Position numbers and translations under genes: made by a program
Shown: positions 25,230 to 39,300 of the stretch, in pieces
How positions within the stretch are numbered: the stretch's first letter is position 1
How the letters are laid out: each line of letters starts with the position of its first letter
The notes under the pieces: generated by a model
The model's input: the letters and a program-made list of their open reading frames with translations, nothing else
Told to the model about the DNA's origin: nothing
Databases searched by the model: none
Origin: Gnetum montanum
Lineage: Eukaryota; Plantae; Gnetophyta
Direction of reading: 5' to 3'
Assembly (NCBI GenBank): GCA_015680685.1
Contig: MNCI01003374.1
Location: forward strand, 124,001 to 188,000
DNA length: 64,000 nucleotides

Positions 25230-26450
25230 CATTGTTTATTTGTTTTGCATGCTCCTTACCCTGGATGTGGAGATTAACACCACTATCCAACTCTCCCCGT
25301 ACATATGCTTGCTCAACATTGGACCCAAGGGGGTTGAGTTGCTTAACACCTAAAAGTTTTCAATAATGTAGACACCATTTGTAAGTTTGTACCCCCTAAC
25401 GTATGATCCCCAATCACCAATCTTGGAGGTAATATCGAGGTGTAGTCAAAAAATGATGGTTGAGCTAAGCCTTGTTTGTGTAACATAGAACCCAAAGATA
25501 ATCTAACTCATAGTTGGATGACCCTCAATGTGGAAATGTAATGCCACATTGTGTGCGCAAAGTTATTGAAACCTATGTATATATTTTATTCCCAGCCATT
25601 GTTTGAAGCCTACTATAGATTAAACAATCTTGTTTGGCAAAAACATAGTAGAGGATTAGAATTAAATCTAACTACATTCATTGGTGCTACATATGAAGAA
25701 AAACCTAAAACAAGTGAGTAACACATATGTTTGATGTTTTCTAGCTTTCGAAGTGATGGGAAGTTTTAGCCATTACCATTGGCTATACTAGTCTTGAGGT
25801 ATCCTAGTGCTACTAAGGATAGATGACACACAATCAATGCATCAATCCTTAGAAATGTGAAGAGTAAAAAGGTTTCATCTCATCAACTTGTTATGACTAA
25901 TGAGGGAAGGAGATGCGTAGGCCTTGTAATCAATCCATCATTAATGAGTTATATTATTATTAGTTACTAGTGTAAGTCTAGTCCCATGTTCTAAGAGGAT
26001 TGTTCAAAAAATTTAGTGGATTTTGGAGGGTGGCTTTTAGGAATCTTACACTTCATTCTTGTGGTGGCGGATTGATTCTCAAACTCCATTAAGCTAGCCT
26101 AATCCAACCTTGCGTAGTGAATGGACAGAAGAGGAATTGAAAACAATGGAGCATATTTGCAGTAATGGGTCATCTAAACACTGACAAATAATTGCTAGAG
26201 CTTTATAATCCATTTTGTGCCATTCATTGATGAAAACAGAAGTAGACTTTATGCTTGGTCACCATACAAGCAACTAAACATCCTGTTTATATGACCCCAA
26301 TGTTTCTCCTTGAACTTCCAGAGCTCATAATTTTAGATAACAAATTTATCTACCTAAATGTCTTCATCTTGCACAAAGGGCTTACATTGAGTAAATAGAA
26401 TTATGCAACAAATACACTTCTACATCAAAGCCTACCTCAGAAATGACTAT
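25230..26450 (-). mobile_element. Ty1/Copia gag-protease remnant
   Basis: Minus strand: EWHKMDYKALAIICQCLDDPLL (UBN2/gag-like, about 26160-26230) and LDSGVNLHIQGKE (copia protease DSG motif, about 25250-25295). Confidence 0.6.
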
Positions 26451-27247
26451 AGTATGAATGCCACCAAGCTTGACAATTGTTGATAAGAGTACTTATGCCA
26501 AAAAAACGCCATTGCGGCAAAATTGTTGTCGTACAAAGCTGCAATGAGCTTTAATACCCATTCCTGTGAAATCATGTACTGGAAGTGTCTTGTTATGAAA
26601 CAGTGTAGCAGCACGTGTAGAGAATACGGCAATGGAATCATTCAATGATTAACACATTAATAGAGGGAAACTGATAGAGATGCAGCAATGAGAGGAATCC
26701 TGAAAATTAATAGGAAAGCAAGAACAAACAATGATTGAAAGCCAATATTTAGGCTTTCCAATAATAACCCCAGCATAGAAGACCAAACCCTCTTACACCT
26801 CTCATTCTTCTCATGCCACAACACTGAACCCAGTATGGTTTTATAAATACATACACAAAGTAACATGATCCCAGTATTTTTCTCTCCCATCCTCTTGATT
26901 TTTTTTTTAAAATAAAACCCCCAAGACCCCCAAATGTGGGTTTATTACAGTGTTCACCTTTACAACATGTCAAGGGCCCATAGTTTACAAACAAAAACCA
27001 GGACAAAATAAATAGATTTGGCTTTAGTTAGCTCCAACAGGAGTTGCAAATTTAAAATGGTGATTGAAGGTCGAGTAGAGAATTACATGTAATACTTGAC
27101 TTTGGATGTACATTTGGAACCTAAGTACTTCTCAGACTGGTGAATCTGGTAATTAGTTTTTTTTTTTTTAATTTTTACTTTTTTCAGTTATTAGCATGCA
27201 GATAAAATTTTTATTCAATAGAATGTTGATCTTTTTTATTATTTCAG

Positions 27248-27381
27248 GTTGGCCAACGTTGTGAAATTAATCCTGGTGGCAAGAGAGGGGTTGTTATGTT
27301 TGTAGGTCAGGCAGAGACCCTTCCACCTGGATATTGGATTGGAGTACATTATGATGAGCCTGTAGGAAAGCATGATGGGGA
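27248..27381 (+). CDS. TFCB: Tubulin-folding cofactor B, CAP-Gly domain exon
   Basis: tcag|GTT...GA|gtaagt; [44 protein letters not shown], with the CAP-Gly GK(H/N)DG signature. Confidence 0.96.
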
Positions 27382-28168
27382 GTAAGTGTTTAATTGTTAG
27401 GCAAAGTAGACAGTGATTATTACATCAAGCATCTAGTTTTAGAGCTGCAGAAATAATCATCTCATATGCATCTAATAAAGAGATGACCAAACAAAAGCTA
27501 TACAAAATGCTGACCTAATTGAATACAATTTGGATCAAATTCAAAATGTATTTTACATTTATTTGTAAGATATGATTGTTCCTCACTGTAATATATTCTC
27601 ATGGAACTTGGTATCTTTGGTAATGCTAATATAGTGTTGTCATGTCCTGAGTTCTCACAAGGTTCTTTTGTCCTTTGCATTTCTATTCCAATAACTGGAC
27701 AAATCTTGTACTAGATATTTGCTTCTACATCTTCTTTCATACTTCACTTTGGCTTGAACGTTTGCTTTTTATTTTTGCAGAACCGGTACTTTCTGCCTGC
27801 TTCTTACAAAATGTAACTAATTTTTTCACAATTTATACATGATACATGCATGTTGATTAACAGTGTTGGTTATAAATTTGCAAGCGACAACTCTTAAATC
27901 ATCTTTTCATCCAAAATTATGTGTATCTATAAGATGACAGTCTGCTAGGTTACAAATTCATCACAGTTGGACATAATTCATTTTTCTATATATAAAGTCT
28001 ATTCACAATATTGCTTTGACGTTGGTATGTTTCATTTTACATTTAGGTTGCACAGATATTTCTAAAAGTGATTCTAATCCTATAGGTTGCTAAAATAGGA
28101 TATAACAAATCATATGACATGCATATCCATATTTGCAAATTTTTTGATCTATTTTATTCTGGCTTCAG

Positions 28169-28238
28169 GGTGAAAGGAAAACGCTACTTTTCTTGCCCAC
28201 CTTTTCATGGTGGAATGCTTCGACCAGATAAAGTACAG
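28169..28238 (+). CDS. TFCB: Tubulin-folding cofactor B, CAP-Gly domain exon
   Basis: tcag|G GTG...CAG|gtttgt; (E)VKGKRYFSCPPFHGGMLRPDKVQ; phase matches the previous exon. Confidence 0.96.
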
Positions 28239-28769
28239 GTTTGTGTTGTTTAGTGGTGTTTTCAGATTGTCATGAATTAATTAGCATTCTTGGATTACAG
28301 GTTCTTGGATTTTGCTTTCTTCATATCCATAATTACATTTAGTTTCTTTTTAATAGTTTTGAAGAAGCTGCATTTTAGTTTCATAGTTACAAGCCCAAAA
28401 GTTAACGCTAGAAAATTTAGTGGCTTCTGTTAGGCAAACCTCCTTGTACAATACTTTGATTATCAAAGAATAAAAGTTAAATGGGCAAGATAAAGAAGAG
28501 AAGCAATCAAGGAAACTTACATAGATAACAAGAGTCATCCAAATTATATTTTATAGTTGTTGCAACATTGGTATAGATAGAATGCTTATGGAAGATCATG
28601 CTTAGCTGTAATCATAATTCATTTTCTATCGTATGGGTCCTAGAATTAAGATCCACATTTTTAGATGAGCAGCAGTCGAGTTCTTTAAAGAATGGACATG
28701 CCTAGGTAATATGTTGTTTTGCAAACTAGCTTTGCAAATTCAAAGGTGTTTCTTCTTATGGTACAAGAA

Positions 28770-29270
28770 GCATATGAAAATATATGAAAGAGTGCCTAGA
28801 GATATTATTTGGTGATCCTTGTGGAGGAAACACATCCTTCATAAATATATTAAAGTGATTCAAGACATGTATGAAGGAGCTACTATTAAAATTAAAATAG
28901 CTTGAGGAATCACATTTGATTTTTCAGTCACAGTAGGTCTACATTAAGGGTTTGCATTTAGCTTATACTAGATGAAATCCTTTGGTATATGCTATTTGTA
29001 GATGATATTGTGTTGGTCGATGCAACCAAAGAAAATATTTCTTCTAAAACTAAAGAAGTGGAGACATGGTTGAGAATCAAAAAGATTAAAAATTAGGTGT
29101 TAGACAAAATATATGAAATGTAATTTCAAGGAAAGCATAAACAATGGTGAAATAGAAGTAACAATTCAAGTTTGAAAAGTTCCTCATTGCAAATATTTTT
29201 GCTATCTAGGATCAATGCTTCAATCAAATTGTGAAATTGATGAAAGATATAAGAAATATGATTGAGACAA
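28770..29270 (+). mobile_element. RTE-clade LINE reverse transcriptase remnant
   Basis: YERVPRDIIW..KYIKVIQDMYEGA..FSVTVGLH*G..WYMLFVDDIVLV..KYMKCNF..YLGSMLQ with many stops. Confidence 0.85.
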
Positions 29271-29560
29271 GATGGTCAAAAGGAGATAAGGTTTATCTTT
29301 GGTAAGCTCACTTGCTTCTTGATTTGAGAATCTTCTTTGGAAAAGTTCATGCTTCATTAACATTGATCTTTTCACCACCAATACACACATGGCTATTAAG
29401 CTTCTTTCATGAAATGGTACTTCCAACAAGTAGGTTGCTTCATTAATTTATAATTTGGTGTAATTTGTAATAAGGGAATCCCCTTGTTTTTAAGCTTAAT
29501 TATTCACCTTTCAAGAGGGCTTAGGTTTAGGACCATCTTAAATCTTAACTTTCAAGATTT

Positions 29561-30280
29561 CTTACAACATTTCCATGTTAAGCCTCATCATCGATGAGTT
29601 AAGATTTCCTTAAGTCTTTTTTGCTAAGATAAAAGGGATTTCTTAGTGAAATTAAATTTGAAAGTTATGAAAGGTTTCTTCACAAACATAAAAAGAATTC
29701 TAATTTTAGTTTCATGTTTGATCAACATCATGTTCCTTGCTTTTATGTTTTTATCCATCTTTTTTCCCTCATGGATATCAAGATGATTTGTTTTGTTTAT
29801 TGATATGGTTAAGGTTTCTTACAACATTCCCAACGTAAGCCTCACCATGAATATTTAATATTTTTTTCAAAATTTTTTACTAAGATAAAAAGAATTTCTT
29901 AGTAAAAATGAGTTGGAAATGTGTTTGTTTGATTTAAAGTTTTGGAAGGTTGCTTTATAGACATAAAAGGAATCTTAATTTAGTTTCATGTTTAAGTACC
30001 ATCATGTTTCTTTAAGTTTCTATCCTTTTTCTCCTCTTGGATATCAATATATGGTTGATCCATTTGTTTATTGATATGTTTTTCTCGGTATTTTAAGTTG
30101 TTTAAAAAGAATTAAAGAAACTTATGTTCGTTGCTTCCATAATCCCATCATTTTCCCTCCTTTTTAGACATCTTTTTTTTTCTTTTTGGATACCAAGATA
30201 TCGTGATTCTTTTTGTTTATTGATATTGTTTTTTAGTTTTCTAAGTTAAATTGTTTACAAAGAATTAAAGAGAATTATGG
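29561..30280. repeat. Degenerate local tandem duplications (~255 bp and ~150 bp units) in the last TFCB intron
   Basis: TTCTTACAACATT..AAGCCTCA..CTAAGATAAAA at 29561 and 29816; TTGGATA.CAA..TTTGTTTATTGATAT..AAAGAATTAAAGA at 30038 and 30187. Confidence 0.7.
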
Positions 30281-30292
30281 TTGGATTTTCAG

Positions 30293-30340
30293 GTAGGAGA
30301 TTATCCTGAGCGAGATCTTTTTGAAGATGAAGAAATTTAA
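30293..30340 (+). CDS. TFCB: Tubulin-folding cofactor B, terminal exon
   Basis: tcag|GTA...TAA; VGDYPERDLFEDEEI*, the typical TFCB C-terminus. Confidence 0.96.
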   Translation, partial: VGDYPERDLFEDEEI

Positions 30341-32361
30341 GCAATCGCTTCACTCTTCTTCTATAACATTTTAAGATTAATTACTAGTTGTAACATTGGA
30401 TTAATAGAGAACATATATTCATGTGTTCCTTAAATCTTCATAGGGAAAATGATTGTTATGATCAATTTTAGTTGTTGATATTAATAGGGATTACAATTAA
30501 TAACCAAATATGCTTTTGATTTTACTTTTAATTTACTTTTAGTCGTTGATATTGTGGTAATTGTAACTATCCTTTGTTGAAAATATTAAGTAAATAGTAA
30601 TCAAGATATGATTGTAGGGTACATGCAGTGATATGAATAGCTTTGGTAAAAATTCATGGTAAGAAATTCAAATTTTGAATGCATTGAATATAGTTTTCAT
30701 AAGAACATTTATAATTTATATCTTCATGCAAACTACCTTAATCTATTTTATTGTTTTATGATAAATTGTCGTAGTCATGTATGAACAATTTTATTATTTT
30801 ATCTTATCAAAGTTTAATAATTGAGATGAAAGCATTTTGCTAATATTTCTTATATTGATTTTGACGGTATAAAATATTGTCTAGACAACCTTAAGGATGC
30901 TTGAGTATGAGATGCAACTTTATGTTTTAAAGATTTTTGGGATATGTATCATGCCTATTTTTTTGACCATTATAAGTTTTGAACAATATCTAGATAGATT
31001 TTGACCAGGATAGTTTTCATACATTTCATCTAGATTAAAATCTTAAAGGCTATGGTTAAGAATAGGATAGATCAATTTGGAAGAAATACCAATAGCATTA
31101 AATTGTAAATACAAATTCACAAGGTACCAAAGAGAGTTGATTTTTATGTCTTAGATCCTTTGTCTTAGATCTTTTGCATTTGTTGGATCTTAACTAGTTT
31201 TTGTTGGACAATGCTTGTATATTAGTATTTAAGATGAAAAAAAGAAAAAAGGAAGCTAAGTATTTGAATTACATGAGGATTTTCTAATGACCATCATGTA
31301 GAGTAGTTATAATTGTAATGCCTTGTTTTTGGATGCCATGGCAACCATAAAATATATGTTATATTCAACATTGCATTATGTGTATTAAATACAATAGGGA
31401 AAATATAAAAGAAAATAAAAAGAAACACTATTAACAAGGAAATTGGAAAATGATTAAGAGCATTTGGGTCATGCTTTGATGATTTTCGGGGTTGTCTTCA
31501 TTTGACATCTATCTTTTGCGAACAATTTAGCATTGCTTCCATGGTTAGAAGGGATGGTCAAGTTCCTTCCTTTCACACTTCCCCTAGCACTTGTTACTCA
31601 TAATTATTAGCTTTGTAATTTTATGTTGACATGACCTTTGAGTGAGTTACTAGTACAAATACTTTAGGTGAAACCTCCAAAGGTTTTCTTAAAAGATGTT
31701 TGTAATTACATGTCCTTTTATTAGAGGTCTTTTAATAATAATTACAACTCCTACTACCATTTGGGAATGAGGATAAGACAAACTATCCTACTTACTACTT
31801 ACCTTTTGTTCATCCTTGAAAGAATTCATGCCAAGCCCCTTCTCTATGTTTCAATGCATTAATTTCTCCTTTGAAATGGGATTTTAATATTCTCTTGCTT
31901 AATTTGCAATAAAATAAGTATACATTAGATAGGAAATTGAGGAAGAAACAAATCTATCATTATACTAATAACTTATATTAATCCCTTAGCAATAATAAGA
32001 GACGAATTAAAGGTTTACCAATTGCAAGTTTTGAATAGAATTACACTGTGCATCTCGTGTTCTTTGGTTATTTAGTGGTAAGACTCTTGATTTGGAATCT
32101 CCAAGTTATGGATTTGATTTTGGTGGACAATGTTGAGTTATAAAGTTCTAATTAGACTACATATCTTGGTGTGTACCTAGTAATGTTTACTTATTTTATT
32201 TAAGGGTTATAAGTTAAATAAGAAAAGGAAAAAAAAATAATAATTGTTAAGAATCTCCTTGTTCTTCATCTAGCTTTGGGTATTAAAGGATGTAGTTGCC
32301 CTTTAGCCATAAAGGAAATATGGTTGAATAGCCACATTTTGGATGGTAAGGTTTGACCTTG

Positions 32362-33329
32362 TGATGAATTGTTGTTGTGTCACGCCTATGGGCCCTCTGT
32401 TGGCGTGGCCTTGTCGATGGGGCCTCGTCGATGCAGCCCTGTCTATGTGGTGTTCCCTAATCAACAGGGTTGCATTGACATAGCGTTTGTTGCGTCTATG
32501 GGGCCTCATCGATGTAGCTCTTGAAGAAAGTCTATAAATACAAGCTCATCAACCATGTTTATGGGATATTTGGTGATAGTTGTAGTAGAGCTCTTGTAGT
32601 TTTGTCATTTGATAGTTAGAATAGTTCTTTGAGTGCCTGTAGCAACAGTCAGAAAGTGTATGGATCTTTATTCAAGCACTATTGCACCTAAACACACTAG
32701 TGTGAATGGTAATAAAGATGAGCCTTTTGATCTAACCCTGTAGCACTTGGAATAGATTAAGGATTCATTTATGCATTTATTGTTTTCATTAATCATGCAA
32801 TTAATTAAGCTAAATTAGATTTCAAGTAATTAGTTAATTAATTAAGCTAAATAGACTAAACACATACGTACGACTGCTTCAAGCATAAACATGTAATCGC
32901 TTGGTAATCCCAGCAACGTTATTGCTTGGTTCACCCAATAGCATAGCACTTAATAACCCTAGCAGTGGATACGTGGGTTTAGGACATGTACGGAAAGTGG
33001 GATCAGATGCTTATGTTAGGACTAGTTAGAGATTAGTTAATTAGTTAAATCAAATTAGTTATTAAATTACTTCATTTCTCTATTTTAAGTACCAAGAACA
33101 TAGAACATAAAACATAAAATAACGAAAATCATATGCCTCAATTATACTTAACCATACCATGTGCATCACAAGTGTAATTGAGAAGACAACGAATGACTAT
33201 TAGGGCAAAGTTCACTTCTTAGAAGATTAGTGTACTAGAAGACATAGAGTCTATGGAATTCGACTGGATCGCAAATGAATGCTTTGTGATTTGTATGGTT
33301 GGGTGTAGGGGTACCTTGACTGTTCATCA
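32362..33329 (+). repeat. 5' LTR
   Basis: TGATGAATT...TTCATCA, TATAAAT at 32533, similar to 44592-45522. Confidence 0.95.
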
Positions 33330-36300
33330 TTGGTCCCATTGCCGAGGACTCTTTTTGTTTGAGATGTGCACTATCTAGGTTTAGTGAACATGATTAACAT
33401 TGTTGGACGAACCCTAAGGTCAAAATCATTCTCACAAGTAATATAATCATATAAGCACACCAAAATTTTATTTGTATTGTAGACTGTCTTCTTCTCATAA
33501 GTGTGATGATACTAAACCACTGGTCCCTCAAGAATGCAAGGTGGTGTATATTCATCCAGATGAGTATGTGCCTGACTTCACCTTCATCCTGCATCAGGAT
33601 GAACAATTGCAATGGCATGATATGGAAGGCAACATTGTAATACCTTCTAATCGATCTATGCTCGTGATGTTGCTTCAAACTCTTAAGAAGTTGGGCATTC
33701 AAGATCTTCATGACGAGTATTTTGTTCATGATTACGACTACTAGGACTACTGTCCCACTGAAACATAACGTAGGAGAGATCGACACTAGGAGAAGCACCA
33801 TGAGTTTGTGAAGGGAAAATAGTTCACCAATCCTTTGTTCCTACTTAAGCAAGACAACAATGAGGACCCTCCCTTTGGGGGATCTCAACATGAAAATTCT
33901 CCACCCGTTGTTACTAGTGATGGGGGTGTGGCCTTGAATCTATAGTCCACTATTAACAACCTAGGTTTAGGTAAAGATAGTAGTCAAGGCAGGGGCTTGG
34001 ATAGGCGACAAGATGATAAGAAAAATGATGAACATGGTTGTGAAAACTAAAGGGAAGTTGGCAGATACCATGATGATGGTAGTCCTCCTCCCTCTTTTCC
34101 CTCTTCATTTGCATCTTTTTCTTTCTCTTCTAGTTCTGACAAACATCGCAAAAAGAACAACTGTGATAGAGGTGAACAGTGGGACAACAAGGATGATCAC
34201 CAAGCCCACAATGATCAAAGGGGTAATAAAGGACATCATCAGAGACAATGAAATAATGATGATGATGAGCCTTTATTGGCAGCTCAGAGCATGCTAAATA
34301 TTGCAGAGGCTATAAAAATTCCAACTAGGCATGTGAAAGATAGTCGGATTAGACAACTTGACATGAATAATATTTCCAGATTTGAGGGCGGATATAATTT
34401 TGATCCACAGACACATCTTTAAGCTTTTCACGATGCTTATGCCTTACAAAATATAAAAAATGATTAGTAGAAACTAAAGCTATTTCCTAATACACTCTTC
34501 AAAGAAGTAGAAAGTTGGTACTAATTCTTAAAACTAGAATCTATTTGCCGGTTGAGTACAATGCTTGAGCTATTTAATGATAAGTATCAAATGTACTCTA
34601 GAGTGTCTAATTTGAGAAGGTAGATCCAAGGATGGAAGTAAGGAAACCATGAACCCTTGGATGCTGCCATGGGTAGATACTATTTTCTCATACATTGATG
34701 CCCTAGCTATGGTTATTCTCAATGGGAACAACTTCACCATACCATAGATGGACTGAGATTAGAAATGAGGAGAACTCTTGGGGTCTATGCCTAAGGGAGA
34801 TGATCAGAACTCAGAGCCATTAGTTTCAAAGGCTAATTGAGTAGGTAGCAAAGGAAGAAGCAAAGTTGCAAAAATATGAAAGTGTAGAGGAATACAACAA
34901 GGATCCCTCCATTAGAAAGAGGGAAGTTCGATTTTGTGATAGTGAGGAGGAATCACCTCTTGATGAGGTGGTAAATAGAAAAACCTTGCCAATCCAAAAA
35001 TCTATGTTTGAAATTTTAGCTAAGGTGGACAAAATGTGGGTTTCATTGGATGAAAAATTCTAAACTACTTTGAAAATCACCAAAGAATCATGAGAGTATA
35101 GTAGTGATCATAACCGCAAGAGGTGAGAAGAAGTTGAATGTGCCTATCAAAGGGGTAAGGGCAAGATTGCTGCAGTAGATGAAGTTGTGGAAACTGAGTC
35201 AGATGATGATGGTGGATGTGACATTTGCCAATACAAGCATCCTAAGGGATGGTTTCCCATTGTGTCACAGTTACAGGAATCTAGGGTGTATGCTCTAAAT
35301 CCATGACTAGCAAGAAGCCCAACACCCAGAAGGTTGCCTTATCCTCAAGGTAATCCCAGGCAGTTCCATTAGCAACAATAGTATTATTCAAGTGGAGCAC
35401 CACCACAACTGTATGAATAATATCAATAGTGGCATCAACCACAATCATGGGGGATGCCACCACCAAGGCAATAGTACCCTTATAGGCAACTAGATCTATA
35501 TGGATATTACATTCAGCAACCTCTATCTTCATGTGACTCTTCCAATCACTTTTCTCCTTTCCAACATCACTACCACCCTCTCGAATACTACAAAACTCAT
35601 TCTCCATATTCTAGGAGGGATGCCACATTTTATCCTTATCCTCCTCCTATTTTTGCATTTGTTCCTCAATTGTTAACCTAACTACCACCTACTCCATCTA
35701 TGCAAGATGAACTTTTAGCCTAGTTGTAGCAACGTAACACTACCAAGGTCATCAATCTACAACTGATTCATCAACTAAGGGGTTCGGAACCTCATGCTTG
35801 TAAAAGATCATTCTTTTAACCTAATAGCCCTACTAAGCCTTCACAAACTCAGGTGGCTAACCATCCTACCCCTACTTCATCATCTACAAACCATTCCATT
35901 GGGTTTCCTTCAAAACAAATGCTGCCCAATATCCATACTATTATGCTCACCCATGCCATATTTGATTGGATCTAGGCCAGCAACCTTCTCAGGAAATTAG
36001 CTAAACTTGGGAGTCCTCTTATCTATCTATAGATTGTTGGAAATGAACCATGTAAGGATTTTCTTGATTCAGGTTTTGCTGTGAACTTGTTGTCTCATGA
36101 GATGTATATTGCCTAAAACCTACCACCTCTCAAGAAGAGTAATATAAGATTGGAATTGGTAGACCAGTCCATCATTGTTCCATTGGGACTAGTCAAAGAT
36201 ATTATAACCACTATTTGTGGGTGGTCTTATCCTACTGATTTCCTAGTAAGCAAGGTTGAAAACTGCAAGGGGAACTTTCAAATCATTATGGAAAGGGCAT

Positions 36301-39300
36301 GGTTAAGCATTGTTGATGCAAGAATGGGCATAAGAGATCTTTCTTGGGAGATATCTAAAGAAAATGCATTTGGAAAGATTGAGAAGAGATGAGTTCCATG
36401 CATCACGTACAACGATACAGGGTGTATTGCGTGCCAAAGCTCTAGTCCATTAAACAAGCATCTATTTCTGCATTCAAGTAGTGTGAACATGAGGTAGATA
36501 TTCAAAGGTGTTTGTATGCAACAACCACAAAACAAGAGGGCACCTAGTGGCTGACTGCTAATTCTAACAGTAGCACAATGTGCATGAAACTTACTGAGAG
36601 CCTAACATGCACTTATGTCGTAGCCATGGATAAACTAGAGAAAGTTCATTACTAACTCTTTGATGATGAAAATGATGGCACCAATTGGGAAGAGTTGGAG
36701 ATCCCTGAGAATTTTAAACAAGAGCCCTTAAAGTTGAGAACTCTACTTGCTAGCCTAGAATATGCATTCTTAAAAAATGGCAAGGTGGTTATATTGAATG
36801 CCAAACTTGCTCCTAAGTAGAAAGCAACAATGTTGAAAGCTGTCAACAAATGACCAATAGCCTTTGCTTGGTCATATCATGAACTCAGTGGAATTGATCC
36901 ACGGATATGCCAGCATCGCATTTACATTGATTTGTCCATGAAGCCATGGAGGCAACCACAATGGCAGTTGAACCCAAATTTGAAGCAAATTGTCAAAGAG
37001 GAGATTGAGCAACTCCTTAAGGTGAGGTTCATCTACCCCATTGCAAATAGCGAGTGGATCAGCCCACCCGTTATAGTGCCAAAGAGAGGTGGTAAATGAA
37101 GGATTTGTATCGACTTTAGGCTATTAAACATTGCAACGTTCAAAGATAATTTTCTATTGTCATTTGTTGATCAAGCGTTGGACACCATAATTGGGCATTG
37201 CTATTATAGTTTTTTGGATGGTTATAGTGGTTATAACCAAATCTTGAGAGCACCAGATGATCAAGCCAAAACAAAATTCACAAGTTTCTAGGGGAATTTT
37301 ATATATCACAAGATGTTTTTTGGTTTGTGTAATGCTTATGCCACTTTTCAACATCTGGTCTTAAGTATCCTTCAACACCAAATAAGTAGTAGAGTAGAAG
37401 TCTTCATGGATGACTTCTCCACTTATGGTGCTACATTCGAGCAAGCCTTGGACTACCTTGAGCAAGTACTAAAAATGTGTGTGGAGACAAATATGCATCT
37501 TAATTGGCAAAAGAGCCATCTCATGGTTTAAGAGGACATTATATTGGAACATCGAATTTCATAGGAAGGGATCTAGGTAGACCTTGAAAAGATAAGGATC
37601 ATCCAAGGAATCACTCACCAACTAGAAACCGTGAAAGATGTTCGGTCATTTCTTGGACACACTGGTTACTACTGGTAATTCATAGAGAATTTCTCTAAGA
37701 TTGTGAAACTATTGGTTGAGTTGACAAAGAAATATGTTTCCTTCATCTGGACTAAGGAATGTGAAAATGCATTCTAGAGCCTCAAATAAAAGCTCGTAGA
37801 GACTCTAATTCTATGAGCACTTAACTGATTTAGACCATTCCATATTATGATGGATGCATCTAACTATGCCTTGGGAGCTATGCTTATGTAATTGGATGAT
37901 AATAAATGTCCATGTTACATTCCTTGTCCAAGTCAAAGCATTATAGATGCACAATTGAATTACACTACCATGGAGAAAGAATTGATGGTAGTGTTTGTGC
38001 ACATTGATCACAATGTAATTTGCTTCCTCATGAACAAGCCAATGGTGAGTCATGTTATATGGTGGCTGGTGATCTTGTAAGAATTCGATCTTACAATGGT
38101 AGATCAAAAGGAAACTGAGAATGTGTTTGTTGATCACTTGTCTTGGTTATGATGGGATAACAAAGAGGAGGAGAGTCTACTCTCTGACCAATTTCCTGAT
38201 GAGCTTCTCTTTGCTATTGTAATAAATGAACAAATGACCATAGAACCAAAATGGTATGATGGAATTCTCACTTATCTTCTCACTCAAGAGATGCCATAAG
38301 ATTTGGACTATAGGAAGAAACAATAGTTTCTTCATTAGGCGAAGCACTTCATGGAAATCAATAGGCACATTTACAAGGTGTGTGCCAATGGCCTAGTTCG
38401 CTAGTGTGTACCTAATGCAGATCAATTGTGTGTTCTCCAGAACACTCATGAAGGTCCTTGTGGGGGCCACTATGCTGGGAGATGTACAACCATAAAATTC
38501 CTGATGGCAGGATACTATTGGTCCACAATCTTTAGGGATGCCCACCAATTTGTCTGATCCTGTGAGCACTATCAATGAAATGGTGAGATAACTACATGAA
38601 TGGAAGGTCCTCAATAGTGGATTAAACCATTAGAACCCTTTGATATGTGGGCATAGATTTCATTGGTTCCATCACATCCATGTCCAATGGGAAGGCATAT
38701 ATAATCGTTGTCGTTGACTAATGTATCAAATGGCAGAAGCAACAACCGTCACCGATTGTACATCATCCACTATTGCTTGATTTGTATAAAAAAATGTTGT
38801 CAATACATTTGGGGTGTCATGTGCATTGATTTCTAACAACAAAACCCATTTTATGGGTGTCACTTTTTGAAAAATCATGCAATGCTTGGGGGTTGAACAT
38901 AAATTAACAACATCCTATCACCCCTAAGCTAATGATCAAGCAAAAGTGACTAACAAGGAGATCACAAAGATTCTAACAAGAACTATTAGAAAATATAAGA
39001 TAGACTGGAGCACAAAATGAAATGATGCCCTTTGGGCCTACTGCTCAACGTGGAAGCTCCCTATTAGCTACTCTCCTTACAAGTTAGTATATGGAAAATT
39101 TCTAATGCTTCGAATCCAATTTCAGCATCGTACACTCTCAATAGCCTCTGACTTGGATCTTAACCTAAGTCTGGCACAAAAAGAAAGATTGATCAACCTC
39201 AATGTGCTAGATAAAAATTGATTGGTAGCCCAGTCTTTGAATGAAGTGCACAGGGCATTTAACAAATAATGTCATGATCTTAGAATACGGAAAGTGAAAT

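Noticed and set aside
25050-26950. Possible endogenous viral coding segment
   Set aside because: Minus-strand motifs fit Copia gag and protease better; no viral hallmark found.
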